In this document: piece by piece, positions 27,018-41,639 of the stretch | Position numbering within the stretch: the first letter of the stretch is position 1 | Layout: every line of letters starts with the position of its first letter | Source: Octopus vulgaris | Lineage: Eukaryota | Reading direction: 5' to 3' | Assembly: GCA_951406725.2 (NCBI GenBank) | Contig: OX597820.1 | Span: 52,390,001-52,454,000 of the forward strand | DNA length: 64,000 bases | The notes under the pieces: model-generated | Told to the model about the DNA's origin: nothing | Databases searched by the model: none | What the model saw: only the letters and a program-made list of their open reading frames with translations | Translations under genes and position numbers: made by a program

Positions 27018-27056
<39 letters not shown>

Positions 27057-27203
27057 ACACATACACACACAAATCAGAATGAATATAGATGTATGTATAT
27101 CTTTTCACTATTCATGTTTCAGGATATCGATCGCATAGTTCTTTCATCCATTCCATGTCTATTCTTTTCTACTAATTCATTATCGTAAACATTTTTCCTG
27201 TTG

Positions 27204-27245
<42 letters not shown>

Positions 27246-29416
27246 CACACACACACACACGTACGCACTCACATACACGCACACATACTCACACGTACAT
27301 GAATACGTATGTGAGCCATGTTTTTTTTTTCTATGTGTGTGTATGTATGTGTGTGTCTGCACATTTACGCATGCATTAAAGTGTGCGTATGTGTAAGTAT
27401 TTGCTCACAATTATTTATATGTTGTTTTATCTATCTATTTATTTATGTATTAGCAAATGCAGCGACCGCACCGACCTCTCGTTTCTCTTCCAATTGCTGT
27501 TTTTATCCTATCTTTGTAATTATTGTATATCCATCATTTTTCGTTGTTTTTTTTTGTTTTTGTTTTTCTTTCCTACCTTTATTCACTATTCAACGTTTAA
27601 TCTTTTTCCACTCTATCCTAAATCCATCCCCTGATACATTTTTTCCTTTTTTTTTTTGAGCATGTCTTCTGCATTTTGCCCTTAGACTTAATTGTGCATC
27701 ATAACATCCATCGCTATCCCACTATATCTCCCTCTGTTCATTCTCTCTTTCTCTCTCTCTCTCTCTCTCGCTTCCTCTTCCTATTATTTTCTATCACTCA
27801 TTCTCCATTCTTTGTGATTAATTCAAGTATAACATGTTTCCAAAAGCGTTATGCATTCCATCAGAGTGTTGGTATTCAGCGACGTTGAGTCACACATTTC
27901 TCTCTCGCATTCAGCTTTCATTGCTGAACTTGATACGGTTCCAGTTTGAGGTCAAGAAGGTCAAAAGAAACCAATCACATATGCGTTTGTAAATGCAGGG
28001 TTGAGGAGGGCAAGGCATGTAAGTTAGATTAGTATTAGAACAAGTATTAACTATGAAATTGAAAGGGTATCAGCATTAAACGATGGGTACATCTGGATTA
28101 CAAATAACGTGGCAAGTTTCTAATATGAATTCAGGGTTTTCAGAGATTAAACATAAAAGAACGATTATTCACATTTCATAAGCGTAATGTTCACAGTTGA
28201 TTACTTCATAGTTTAGGTCACGGATTATAAGAGTATTGCGATTGTCGGAGAATTCCATGCGTTGTGTTGTTTTTTTTTTTGTTTGTTTTGTTTTGTTTTT
28301 TTCGGCTGTCAGCAATCTGAGATCAAATCCTGCCGTGTACAACTTTGCACCTTTCCCTTTTAGAATCGATATCGATAAAGTAGTAGGGAACAGAACAAAT
28401 CGTCAGAGGTCAAAAATATTTCCTTACATCATTTGTTCTAGTTCTTCAAATACCACCGAGGTCAAATTTGCCTTTCATCCTTATGATCGATATATGAATT
28501 CGTAGTCCTGCATTGGGATTGATTCTGGTTTCTCTCTCACTCTCCCCCTTTCTCTCTCTCACTCTCTTTCTCTCCTTCTCTCCCTACCATTCGCTTTGTC
28601 TCTCCCTCTCTTTTACTCCCTCTGTTTAATCCCTCTCGAGCTCTTTCTGTCCGTCATCTTTTCTGGAATGAATCGATTGTAACCATTTCAAAAGATGGGA
28701 GATCCTTCGAAAGATCTACACCAAGGCGCGTCTACAACTCCCAGAAGGATGATGGCCGAAGGCAAGGCAAAAGCTGTATGAATTTACGGGAGTGATTGAC
28801 GGAATTTCTAATGTTCTAATGAGATATTTTACGGTGTCTCTGCCGTATTTTCACAGAGATAGAAAATTTAGTATTTCTTTGCATACGAAATGCTCGCCAT
28901 CATCTCAAGACAGATACATCATGTATATAGAGGATTTGAAAAATGTGCTAATATTGATTGAGAAGAACCTGATAATTTGTGTGGTAACATCAAAGACTTC
29001 ACGAGGATCAGCAGCGGTTCTCGAGAGACTGAGTTTCTAATATGTTCTACAGACAACACTAAGCTAGCGGAGAAATGGTGCCTGTCTATGTCTAGGTGCA
29101 CATGCATACATACATACATAATAAATATATATATTTACATATATATGTGTGTGTCTGTATGTATATATTCATATATATATGTGTGTGTCTGTATGTATAT
29201 ATTCATATATATATGTGTGTGTCTGTATGTATATATTCATATATATATGTGTGTGCGTATACATAAGTGTGTGATCTTTAATATAGTCAGTAGAAGCAGA
29301 CGCTTTCGGGACAAACAACAGCATTATGGGGATAGACAGAGAGACAGATAGAAAGACAGAGAAAGAAAGAAAGATATAGAAAGTAGATAGATAGATAGAT
29401 AGAGAGAGATAGAAAG

Positions 29417-29492
<76 letters not shown>

Positions 29493-30293
29493 GGATAGAT
29501 GCCATAATTAGAATGAAACAAGAAAGTACTCGTGAGGTGTGGATTGGGGTTTCATAATTTAGGGAATAAGACTACATTAAAATAATGATGCCATCAGGGA
29601 ATCCCATATCTTTAATTCTTTACCTAAAGAAATCAAAAACATCATGAGAGTATCTGTTGAACATTACATGAAAAATTCGCTCTCCCAATTCTCAAGCCAG
29701 CCATATTCAGTTTAACTTTCAACAGCTCAGCTTCGTCAACTACCAAAATAGAGACATCAATTATTCTAAAGTGCTAAGCTAAGCACTATTATCGTAAAGA
29801 AAAGAATTACACGCAACTGTGTTCCAATAAAAGCATTATTCACAAGGCTTCGAATCAATTCAATAATTAAATATTTAAATAAGCTAAACGTATAAATTTT
29901 CATTAGTATATGAACGTATCGACATTTCATTATATATGCAAGTGTTTATTCACATTATAAAATACAAAGATATGTACAGTAATAGTTCACTTTACGAGGG
30001 CCCGCTTTACAAGTACCCGGGTTTACGTGTTTTATTTTATAATAAATATGAAAAGGCTAAGATCCAAATTTTGAACGAAGTGCAAAAGTTTCTATCACCA
30101 TAACAAATGCTTCTGCATGTCAGCGAGAAATTTATAGAGAGCGAAAAAAAGCGTCTTCTAAGCAAACAACTCTGGACTTGTGTTTTCAAAAAGAATTCTA
30201 TAATTCCGTCTACGAATACTTGTGAATCGGCGATCGTGTCTACAAGTGATTGGGTGCACGAATCTAGTGGGAGTGAAAGTTATTCAGAAAATG

Positions 30294-30351
<58 letters not shown>

Positions 30352-30354
<3 letters not shown>

Positions 30355-30808
30355 CATCAGGAAAATGTAGATAGAAGCCAGACAACTATGCCCAATAATA
30401 TAAACACTGAAACAGTAAAACACAAAGACAAATGTAACACGACAAACAAACATACAAATAAGAAAACGACACAAATCTAAAACCTGGAAACAATGAAGGG
30501 GGGCCTAATGAATATGATAATATAAAAAGTAGAATAATCAAAGAACTAAAATCAGAAACAATTCCTATCATAGTAGGTGCATTAGGCATGATAAAAAAAT
30601 ATTCAGGCAAATACATAACAAAAACACCAGGACTTACAAACACCTATAACATACAGAAAATTGCACTACTAGGCACTGCACACATCCTACGCAGAACACT
30701 TTCCATACAATAACCATCAGAGCATCATAACAAATCACAGCACATACCCAAGGCATACAGAGCTGCGCTCGGTAGTGAAGTGAAAGCACGCTATAAAAAA
30801 TAAAACTA

Positions 30809-30812
<4 letters not shown>
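30352..30812 (+). mobile_element. R4/Dong-type element, internally deleted or chimeric, between (AAT)n tracts
   Basis: 30550-30812 encodes SETIPIIVGALGMIKKYSGKYITKTPGLTNTYNIQKIALLGTAHILRRTLSIQ* plus a 3'UTR ending AAAACTACTG(AAT)n; highly similar to 1645-1915. Confidence 0.85.
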
Positions 30813-30905
<93 letters not shown>

Positions 30906-31869
30906 TTGTTTTATTATAAATGATCTTGATATTCTTTTTACTTCACATAAAATATTCTTTACCTTCTACTGTTGATTTATTGTCATTTATTTTAAAGGTA
31001 AAATGTATTTCTGAGAACGAATTACGATTCATGAACATTGCTACTATAGGAAGTTATTAATCTACTTTACGAGTTCTCGTTTAAGGAGTGGTTTCCGGGA
31101 ACAAATTAACTCGTATATCGAGTCGTTACTGTATATTTACAGATCAAGACGAGCTGTGCACTCAGACCTTCATAACATGCGCTTAAACAGGTTTGATTGA
31201 TTGATTGATTCTAGTTTCAGCTTATGAGCTGTGGCCATGCTGGGGCACCGCCATATAATTTCAAAATACATATTTAGGTAGACATGCACTTTCACTGAAA
31301 CAAACTAATAACTATTGATATTCATGAATAAACGTCCGTAACTCACTCAAACCTCCATATCTATGTGTCTGTGTGTATTCATATATGTTGGTAGATAAGT
31401 ATATACATATGTTTCTGTACACGATTTGTTTTTAGAGCTTGGCTATTCCATGAATTGTAATACGATCATGCCATAGCGATGCATTTCAGGTAAGATGAGG
31501 TAAATTTATTCCAACTTAATATATTGATTCTTTTGGGAAGCTGCAGTCAATTGCACAGCAATAGGCATTCATTTTTTACACTCGAAACACATCAATTCAT
31601 CCATATAAACATACATGCAAAACAAAAAAAGAACATGCACTTACCAACCTTCAACCGACCACCCCACCCTATATATATATATATATATAATCATATCAAA
31701 GGGAAATGGAAATTAATTAAAATTTCCATTTCCATTGGTCTAGCGCGTAAAAAAAATTAGTCAAAAAGACTATATATTAGTCATACGATATAGTGTATAT
31801 TTAAACACATGGAGAATCCACGTATAGGGATTCTACGCATTAGAAAGAACATCTAGGTTCTATAACTAC

Positions 31870-31988
<119 letters not shown>

Positions 31989-32025
31989 TTTAAAAAATGG
32001 AGTTAACGCAGGTGTAATCAAATAT

Positions 32026-32119
32026 TTTTACTTTCGACACATGTTTCGAAAATTCCACTCATTCTATTCAAAAGAATAAATGGTATAAACAATGCAATCT
32101 TCTCCTCAGGAAAGTGAAA
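32026..32119 (-). ncRNA. Type I hammerhead ribozyme with long stem II
   Basis: Minus strand: TTTCACTTTC-CTGAGGA-GAAGATT..(hairpin)..AATTTTC-GAAAC-ATGT-GTC-GAAAGTAAAA. Intact core, GUC cleavage triplet, palindromic ACATGT in stem III. Confidence 0.88.
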
Positions 32120-32315
32120 AAAACGAAACTCGTCAATAAGACATTTTAGCAAAAAATGATGGATTTGTATAGCGATAGACAGAACGCTATTAATATTATT
32201 TAAAAAACGTTATATGATATAACGTCATAAGTAGCTAACAGAAAGAGTAGGGATATTAATAGTGAATGTGAAATATAAAGGAAATTAAAGTTTAAATTAT
32301 ATATAATGATAGAGA

Positions 32316-32825
32316 CTACTTATATGCACTAAATGTATGTTTTTGCCAATGCTTACATCTGTATGCTCGCTCTATAACCGTGTTTACTAGAGTATTTTTA
32401 GAAAAAATAATGAAAAATAGCTCAGAATTGTAGAGAAGACAGAATTTCTTGCCTTTGTCATATGGTATCGGAATTGAGAGAATCAACCATTCTAAATGAA
32501 ATTGTTCATTGTGGTCTTTTAAATCCCAAATCAGTTTGTTGAGACCGGTACTATTCCGTTTATTTCTACCCCTAAATGTTGAGTAATGGATAGAAATTCT
32601 TTTAGATAACTCTAACGATGTGCTTCCAATGAAAAATCGTACTTTATTACGAGTACTGATTATACACTGGTATATAGAATTTTTAATCTTAGAGTTACTT
32701 GACATAAACTTAATTCTATTGGAATTGACTTCAGATACAATAACCTTGTTATTAATATTTCTAGATGATTGGATGGTATTAGCTAAATTAATGTTAGTAT
32801 TAGTAAATGTATTAATATTTAACAG
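32316..32825 (-). pseudogene. PLE GIY-YIG endonuclease domain
   Basis: NSIYQCIIS..RFFIGST..SKRISIHYSTFR..NSTGLNKLIWDLKD..LEWLIL..PYDKGKKFCLL..SE..LVN..RCKH matches the PLE C-terminal GIY-YIG pattern (VYQ..YIG..RY..H..SFR..STELSK.IW.LKD..CxLC..E..LN..CRH). The frame is open upstream of the Met through an N-rich linker. Confidence 0.85.
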
Positions 32826-33272
32826 TTTGCCAATCGTCCTTCAGCAACAACACACCCTGATTAACTCAGTGACTACTACTAAATTCTTGCCACGACAGAG
32901 AGGATGTTCTTGAAACTGAGAATTTGAACCTATAGAAACAATATATACATATCACCTGAGGAAACACAGCTAAAGCTCATAATACAGGGAAGCAGTGGCA
33001 TGATCAAGTACCTGCACGCCTAGAGAACTACACTGCGTGAAAACAATTGTAGTGATTACAAAATAAACGTCCCAACGTACTCTTTCTTGCTGACTCCAGT
33101 CTTTTCCATTTTCTATTCAGACATGACAGATGCCCAAACGCAAGTCCGGAAGTACTTATAATACTACTATTGGCTAGCATGTGGTAAATCTTAAGATGAA
33201 CGGGCTTTATACTGTACACTACGAAATTTTTAACAGAATATACCATAACTATAAACATTATATATATATATT

Positions 33273-33432
33273 CGCAGGCGTTGCTATTTGGTCAGACGTT
33301 TGCTTCCCAACTACATTGTGCTGAGTTCAGTCCACTGCCTGTTACCTTGGGTGAGTGTATTCTTCTGTAGCCTCGGTCCGACCAAAGTTTTGGGAGTGGA
33401 TTTAGTAAACGGAAACTGAAAGAACCCCGTCT
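33273..33432 (+). mobile_element. SINE family A, 5' half
   Basis: CGCAGGCGTTGCT..GAGTTCAGTCCACTGC..GGAAACTGAAAGAACCCCGTC. Confidence 0.75.
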
Positions 33433-33829
33433 TATATACATATGTATACATGTACACATATACACACATTGCTTAAACATATACATTACTCTTACACACA
33501 TTCAATCTACTCGCCACTAATACTACCACGACACTGGACACACACACACACTACTACTCAACACACGCTGGCACGCTACATACGCCCCCACCCCTTCCCC
33601 TCCCTCCCTTCCTCCTTCCTCCCTTTTCTTACTACTGACCTTTGTCTGCTATGCTGCTGCTATGCTGACCACCGTCTCGCCCTACCTCACACGCCTACAC
33701 ACAGACGCACACACTAACACATACATATATTTTTTGTTTTTTTACCTCGCCTCACACACACACATACACACACGCACACGCACACACTCACACATACACA
33801 CACATCTGTTGCGTTACCAACCTTGTCTC

Positions 33830-34094
33830 CACTCTTTTGCCTTTAAAAACCCACTTTGCTCTTGTTATCGTAAACATCCGCCTTTCACCATGTGCTACTC
33901 CTAACACCAGTCGTTTTTTCTCTATCTCCGTTGCCCGCTCCGGGATCTTTCTTTCCTCTCTCTTCCTTCTTTATGTTTCCGACGAAGAGCTCCGCTCGAA
34001 ACGTCATACCTCCTGCTTCCATTTCCTGAGCGCCTATTAATAATAATACTGTAATTGTTCCATTGTTGTTGTTTTTTTGTTTCCCGTTTGGATT

Positions 34095-34100
<6 letters not shown>
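33830..34100 (+). mobile_element. Short hammerhead-bearing element ending in (TA)n (family H)
   Basis: 33973-34010 ATGTTT-CCGACGA-A-GAGC-TCC-GCTC-GAAAC-GTC, then TTCCTGAGCG and GTTTGGATTAA-(TA)n; homologous to 62.1-62.3 kb. Confidence 0.78.
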
Positions 34101-34164
<64 letters not shown>

Positions 34165-35204
34165 ATAGATGCATTTACGTGTGTGTGTGTGTATCTGTGT
34201 CTGTGTCTATCTGATAGTCTGAATGCATTTGAAATGTATGCTGCAGATTATTGGGTAAAAGATAAAATAGCAAATTTCCATTTTATGCATTGTGCAATTA
34301 TCTGAAACGTACGTATTAAATGTATTGCGCCAAAGGCTGGGGTCATGTTTAAACACCCCCTTTCAGTGTGTTTCAGTTTTCTTTCTGATCTCTTTCAATT
34401 TGAAGCTGAGAATTTGGACGGAGCCGCTCTTCTTTGTGCTTACTGCCTCGATGTGCGTTCATCTGGTACTTCAGATAAAAATTTGTTCAGACGCTCTTTG
34501 AAAACCTCTACAACTAAACCTCTCAAATCTCTTCCTACGCATATATAATTTTTAGTCTTAGAGTTTTATTTCAAATCTATTTTTCATTCCTTATAAACCA
34601 GTTCACCTCCAACACAGTTATAAGTGCATAAATATTTCGTAGATAAAGTGTGTCCCCTCTCGTTTACAGTAATGAAATACAATCCACTTTTTAACTGAAT
34701 GACTAACCGTCATGTTTATGACGCAATGGCCAGCTTTGTGCCATTTCGTATAATAAATGATGCTAGCAGTAAACATTACGAAGTAGAGAAATTCGTTATT
34801 CAGTAGAAGAGATTACTGGTGTTTTTGTTATCTTTTGTTTTTATTATTTTTTTGTGTGTGTTGTTTGCCGGCGAGTTTGAGGTGAAGGCTTTAAACAAGT
34901 TCACATTTTATAGTCTCTTGTGGCTACTTAAGTACTGGCTCCATGCCTAAACAGAAGTAGTTAACATATTGATATACTCTACGAGAAAACGCAAGCCTGT
35001 CCAAGCAGTGTGTTGTTGCTCAACTAGAAATAGCAGCCATTGCACCATCAATTCATTTACTGAAAACGCCTTACAAAGAAAAGTAACACGAAAGAAACTT
35101 TATGTAAGTCATCTCTAAAATCATTAGTTCGTGCCTTAATAAAACCTCCGACATAAATGTACATTAGCCTAATGCAGCGCACCACCACTTCACCACATAG
35201 CTAG

Positions 35205-35267
<63 letters not shown>

Positions 35268-35285
35268 TATATATATAGATAGATT

Positions 35286-35341
<56 letters not shown>

Positions 35342-35421
35342 CATGCGTGTGCGTGTGTGTACACACGTGTATACTCACATACACATACACACCAACACAC
35401 ACATACACATACGCGCGCACG

Positions 35422-35486
<65 letters not shown>

Positions 35487-35996
35487 CTCATAATAGTCCC
35501 ACGAGCAGGAACGGAAAACCCTGAATAACAGTTTTTGTGATATTTTAGCAGCTTGAATAAAAGCATACTACTCTACCTTTGTTATTTGAGTACTATTTTT
35601 TCACCCTTGTTTTGTACTTATGTGCTCACCTATGCGTTTGTGTGTGTTTGTATATATATATATATATATTCACTCATGGATGAAGCTGTCGAATGAAAGA
35701 AAAGGACCGAATATATGTACGTATGTTTGCGTGTATGTATGTTTGCCTCTCGGTGTGTGCACGCGTGTGCGTGTATGTGATTGCCTTGTTGGCTTTGAGT
35801 CTTGCTTTTCGCTTCAGTTCTGATGATAACCAAGTTAAGCATGTGAAACAGCTCGGGAACGAACATCGTCTGAATTTAAACTTTGTTTAGTCACCCTTCA
35901 GCAAATGTGTGAAAATATGTTTTTGTTTGTTGTGTGTGTGCCCGTTTGGTTTTATGTATGTATGCATGCATGCTGGGATTCATGTGCTGTTAAGAC

Positions 35997-36039
<43 letters not shown>

Positions 36040-36358
36040 ATGACAGAGGTAGAGTGACGAAAGAGAAAAAGAGAGAGAGAGAGAAAGAGAGGGAGAGAAA
36101 GAAAGAAAGGAAGATTATACGTTTGGGTAGATGAAAGTATATATATGTGTGGATGCGTGTAACTGTGTGTATAAAATATATAACGTATGTATATAATGTG
36201 TGTGTGGGTACATTTACATACTGGCATACACACACACATACGCGCACGGGTGCACTACTCACACACACACACACTCGCACAAACAAACACACACACACAC
36301 GCACACACTCGCACAAACAAACACACACACACGCACACACTCGCACAAACAGACACGC

Positions 36359-36394
<36 letters not shown>

Positions 36395-36594
36395 AAACAT
36401 GTTCAGACTGCTGCTGAAGGGTGATCAAACAAATTTCAATTTCAAATGAAGATCGTGATATATATATATATATATATATAAAATATAGTACATATTACAT
36501 ATTTATATATGTAAAAGAATGTGTGTGCGCGTGTAACATATTCTACATCTATGTATATGCTTATACGAATTCGTACATCAATACGAATATACAA

Positions 36595-36684
<90 letters not shown>

Positions 36685-37229
36685 ATGTGCGTGCGCGTGT
36701 CTACGCGCTAACAGCTGTGTGTTTAATTTTTTGTCGTTCTGTTGACTCATTTATGTCATATTTAACACTTGAACGGTATTTATATTTACATATTTCAATT
36801 TAAAATCCTGATGAAACAGGTTTTGTATCAAATTGAAATTAATTAATTATGTATTTTATATATATTAATGAGATAAATATATGGATGATCATGTTTGTAC
36901 TTTTGTAATTTTATCCACGGAACAGCTGCAGGATTTAGAGTGGAATTATGAAGACTCTGTTAAATATTTGCAGTTTGACAAGTTTACTCACACACACAAT
37001 GTACATGCATACATATACACGCACGCATGTATATATTATGCATATATATGCATACACACATACATATGTATGCATGCATGCATGCATGCTTGTATGTATA
37101 TACCTTTTACTCTTGTACCTTTTAGTTACTTCCGAACATGAATAACGAACCGCTAATTTACGAGAACCTGGTGGAGGGAAAAAAAAAACACGTATGCATG
37201 CACACACGCAAACGCATATATAAACCGGA

Positions 37230-38520
37230 AATAATTCTGCAGAAAAACGCCGTGGGCCCCTGTTACAACTAGGACCTGGCGTCCAGTAGGTTTAAGGAAC
37301 GTATCTCCTATATGAAGCCCCCACAGAACGTCGTATGGTTTGCCTCATCCGTCTTACACAACATTAAGACTTCTGTGAGAAGAATATTCCTTAGGTTAGT
37401 AGACAAACACTTCATGAAGACACACATGTACGGACGTTTCTTCAAGAGGCACAACCTAAGTGTCTCCTTTAGTTGTGCACCCAACATGAACAGGATGTTG
37501 GAAAAGTCATAAAACGCCACCAAAGGCCGGTTGTACATGCGGGGAGTATAATGACTACCCTGAGACCCCCTTTGGTCAAGCCTGACCATGTGATTGCACC
37601 TAGAAATTTACCCTCTGAGGCACAAGTCTGGGCAAGGTTGTTTATGGAAGATCAGCAGTCGCCCATGAATGCCGGCCTTCTCTCTCCACGCCACCAGTGT
37701 TATCAAAGGGAGAGGCAAAGGCCGATACAGCTTGGCACCTGTGATGTCGCAACTCATTTCTACAGGTGAGTGAACTGGAACAACGTGAAATAAAGTGTCT
37801 TGCTCAAGAACACAACACGTAGCCCGGTCCGGGATTCGAACTCACAACCTCACGATCGTAAGCTCGACGCTCTAACCACTGAGCCATGCGCCTTCACATG
37901 ACTGTCCAGTGTGAATCAAATCTGACTCGTATATTAAGCTGTAGTATCCAGCCCTAGCAAACAGAGAAATAGCAGCAGTGGCTCATCTAGCCACATCGAC
38001 TACAACGATAGGGAACGGTGGAGGCAGCAGTGGTGGCAACGCGTTAAGCGACAGAAACACCAACATCCACAGCAACGACCGCAGCACCAATACCAGCGCT
38101 ACGGTAGGGGATGACGACCACGCTACTACCAGCAGCGTCAGCGAAACTACCAAGTTACGCCCAATATTAGGAGCGATGTCATCCACAACACCATCGGCAA
38201 CAGCAGCAGCAACATCACCAGTACGGCCGGGGACGAGTAATGCAGCAATATATCACCAAACCCACACCACATAAAAAAAGCAAAGATGACAATTTTAATA
38301 ACAGCAGCGGCAGCAACAATCCAGACCTGATGCCGACAGAAGATACAACCAGTACTGAACGTCGAAGATATATCGGGTCGCCCGGAACTGCCTTTATACG
38401 ATACTTATACAAACATAAGACCTCTTTTAGCGTTTCGGATAGACGTTACGTCACGCTCCTGGCCAGTCATGTGTGACACCTGAAAGATGAGGGAACTACA
38501 TACGAAATTAAATGGAAGAA
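37230..38520 (+). mobile_element. Penelope-like element fragment (RT thumb/linker + GIY-YIG), pseudogene, interrupted by a SINE
   Basis: QNVVWFASSVLHNIKTSVRRIFLRLVDKHFMKTHMYGRFFKRHNLSVSFSCAPNM (cf. NIIWFNPP..NVKTNIGK.FL.LIDKHF..H..FNR..VKVSYSCMPN), later NAAIYH and RRYIGSPGTAFIRYLYKHKTSF..TLLASHV*HLKDEGTTYEIKWK; ends at (TA)n. Confidence 0.85.
37562..37897 (-). mobile_element. SINE family E, near full length
   Basis: Minus head GTGAAGGCGCATGGCTCAGTGGTTAGAGCG..GAGTTCGAATCCC has clean A/B boxes; possible ATGACT TSD (37551, 37898). Confidence 0.9.
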
Positions 38521-38555
38521 CATATATATATTTATATATATATATATATATATAT

Positions 38556-38760
38556 AGGGAAAGTTTACGAAAATAAACAAAAGACGAAGGCAGGTGGAGC
38601 ACAAACAAACAAATGTATTAGTATAGCGCTCAGGAATAGAAATAGAAAAAGTCTTTTACGTTTCGAGCCTATGCTCTTCGACAGAAAGATACACAGAAAA
38701 AAACAACGAGAGAAACAAGGAGAGAGAAAAAATGCGTGTAGGAGCTAACAATCTATCATG
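38556..38760 (-). mobile_element. Family H hammerhead element
   Basis: 38690-38651 ATCTTT-CTGTCGA-A-GAGC-ATAG-GCTC-GAAAC-GTA-AAAGAC (stem I TCTTT/AAAGA), downstream TTCCTGAGCG; ends in (TA)n. Confidence 0.8.
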
Positions 38761-38832
38761 AAGCGTGTACTTGAATTTATATGTATATATATTTACAGAC
38801 ACACAGATACATATATATAGAGATAGATAGTG

Positions 38833-38891
<59 letters not shown>

Positions 38892-38946
38892 AGTATATAT
38901 ATTGTTTATATTATTATTTAACTGAACGCTACGCATGCATTTCCAA

Positions 38947-38988
<42 letters not shown>

Positions 38989-38990
<2 letters not shown>

Positions 38991-39143
38991 GACGGGCGTC
39001 TTTCAGTTTCTGTCTACCAAATTCACTCAGAAGTTTTTAGGCGGCCCGAGGCTATGGTAGAAGACTCTCGCCTAAAGTGCCACGCAGTGAGACTAAATCT
39101 GGGAGCATGTGGTTAGTAAGCAAGCTACTTACCACACAGCCAC
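38989..39143 (-). mobile_element. SINE family A, 5' half
   Basis: Reverse complement of the GTGGCTGTGTGGTAAGTAGCTTGC head up to the internal (TA)n. Confidence 0.8.
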
Positions 39144-40722
39144 AAAACATAGGTTTCAAATGTAATAATTCGACAGGAGTTATAACAGAATTGTGTGAGA
39201 GAAAGAAAATCAAAGACGCAATTTAGAAAACTTTGAATAAAAATAAACATTACAATAATATAACTAATAGTAAACGATTGATATAGTGTAAAAATATTTC
39301 AATATTTTCCAGGTATCTAAAAAAACAACTTTGTAATAACAAATTCTAAATGAAAACAATTGAATGGAGACAGACAAACCTGTGCAGCAACATATATAAA
39401 TTTGCTTTGTGATTGACGGCAGTAAATAAAAAATAGTTTTATGATTGAAGCGTGTATTTGAATCTTCAATAATAATAATGACAAAATACTGAAAAATATT
39501 TCTGTGTTAAAATATATTAAAATTTGAATTTTTATAAATGTTAAAGAATTTTGTAAACGTTGAAATATTTAATAAATGTTTTCTTTTAGTAAAAGTTACA
39601 TAATTCGCGCTAACAAGCAGCTTTATCCATTATAGTATAGATGTGTGTGAGTATGTATGTATGTATATTGTATAGACACACATAGATATATACACACATA
39701 CCTACATGCATCATAATATTGTAAGTCAGCATTGAGAAATCGTGGTAGTGAGCCGTGTATTTGCATAAGCGCGTGCGTGTATTTTTTATCTGAACTGCCG
39801 TAAAATTTACTGAAATCTGTTTTCTTTTAAGGTAAACGCTTATATCGTTTTACGTAAGCCCTTGTATAAAACCACAATCTCAAAATGCACATGCATATGG
39901 GTCTGTAACATATAGAATATATGTTTACATTATATATACTCTTAACAATCTGCATAGGGCTATGAATACATTAACAATAATTCATGGATCTTGGCATGTT
40001 TATCTGTAATTTGCATACACATATGTGTGATATAATTTGGCGTCGGGTACCATGAGTTGTACTCATACATTTCTATACCTGCTTATAAACAACATACCCC
40101 GATGCAAACACAAAAAAAAATATGCATACATCTGTGATTGTGCGGGTATTTATTTATTTCGTGTTTTAGACGCCTGAAATATATTCTATTTTCGATTGAT
40201 GTGAAACCCAATATGGAAAGAGTATCGTCTGCATTTAAAAATTGTTTATTGGTCCGTTAAAGTGACTGTGAATGCATCAGACTTCATTCGTGCTTGTGTC
40301 TCACTGAGTTTGTGCGTATGTGTGCGTGTATGCATGCATGTAAGCGTTTTTGATTGTAAATCTATGTAAATGAATATGTAATTCTGTGCATAACATATGT
40401 ATATGCGTTTAGAGGTGGATTTATATATATTATATTTAGATATAATCAGATTTTCTGTTTGCATAAACGCTCATGTTTTTCATTACACGCTCATGTTTGT
40501 TTTTCAAGATAAACATTTGTATGAATACATATATATGTGATTGTAAATTTAGTGACTGTGTTTGCACTTACAAAGGGAAGGATATACGTATATATATAAA
40601 CGAGAGTATGCGCATGTTCTCATGATGTCGTAAAATGCATACATACACATATCGTCACACACACACATAGATATTAATCCATATACATGCTCACACATAT
40701 TTATATTTGAACATATACATGC

Positions 40723-40777
<55 letters not shown>

Positions 40778-41315
40778 TGTGTGTGTGTGTATGTGCATGT
40801 GTGTGCATAAGCCGAAATAAAGGAACATTAGATATGTGGTGTATATTTCTTATTTATTGAGAATCAGTTTGTAGTGCCTCCCATTGGTGCTCTACATTTC
40901 AAGCACGTAATGTGGACGTAATATACGTAAATATTTAGCCTCACTGTGCAAATAGTTCCCTGCGCACTCTCTCCCTCTCTAACTCTCTCGCCATTTTTCT
41001 CAGACTCTCTACCTTCCACCATCCCTCACTCGCGCACTCACTCAGTCACTTTCTCTATACCACTATCTCTGTCTCTCTCTTTCTGTCTATATATCTATCT
41101 ATTTCGATGTAGAAAGAATTTGGAAAGAATTCCACCGGTGTGGGCTGTGATTATGTAGAAATCATTATTGTTTACTTCATCAGAAGATCACAAACAGAGG
41201 CATCCAGAGAGCTGAGATTGGGGAGAAGAAGTAAAAAGTAAACCTAAGAGGTACCTGAATTATAAAAACATTGTATTCTCATATGTGTGTGGATTCTAAA
41301 TGCATACGTGTGTGC

Positions 41316-41411
<96 letters not shown>

Positions 41412-41639
41412 TAAGAGTCTGTAAAATAATTAGAATAACTTCTACTGATTAGTCTTCTGGCCTCTCTTGGTCAGTTTATGTCACATGATTGCTTTGTCTT
41501 AAAGAACATCATTCCCTTCGTGGTGTGCACATGTCAGATATGATACAGCGTGTTGATATCTGTCAGCTGGCATTTCTGCAGAATAATTTTATTTTATTTT
41601 AATTATATTTTATATATGCTCAGTGATCACAATAATTAT

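Noticed and set aside
37978-38274. 98-aa S/T/G-rich ORF as a host gene exon
   Set aside because: It lies between PLE thumb and GIY-YIG motifs on the same strand and is part of the element.
38470-38480. In-frame TGA in the PLE GIY-YIG as possible selenocysteine (known in some PLE clades)
   Set aside because: It falls at the conserved Trp of SHVW.LKD (TGG>TGA decay), and I saw no convincing SECIS downstream of either PLE fragment.
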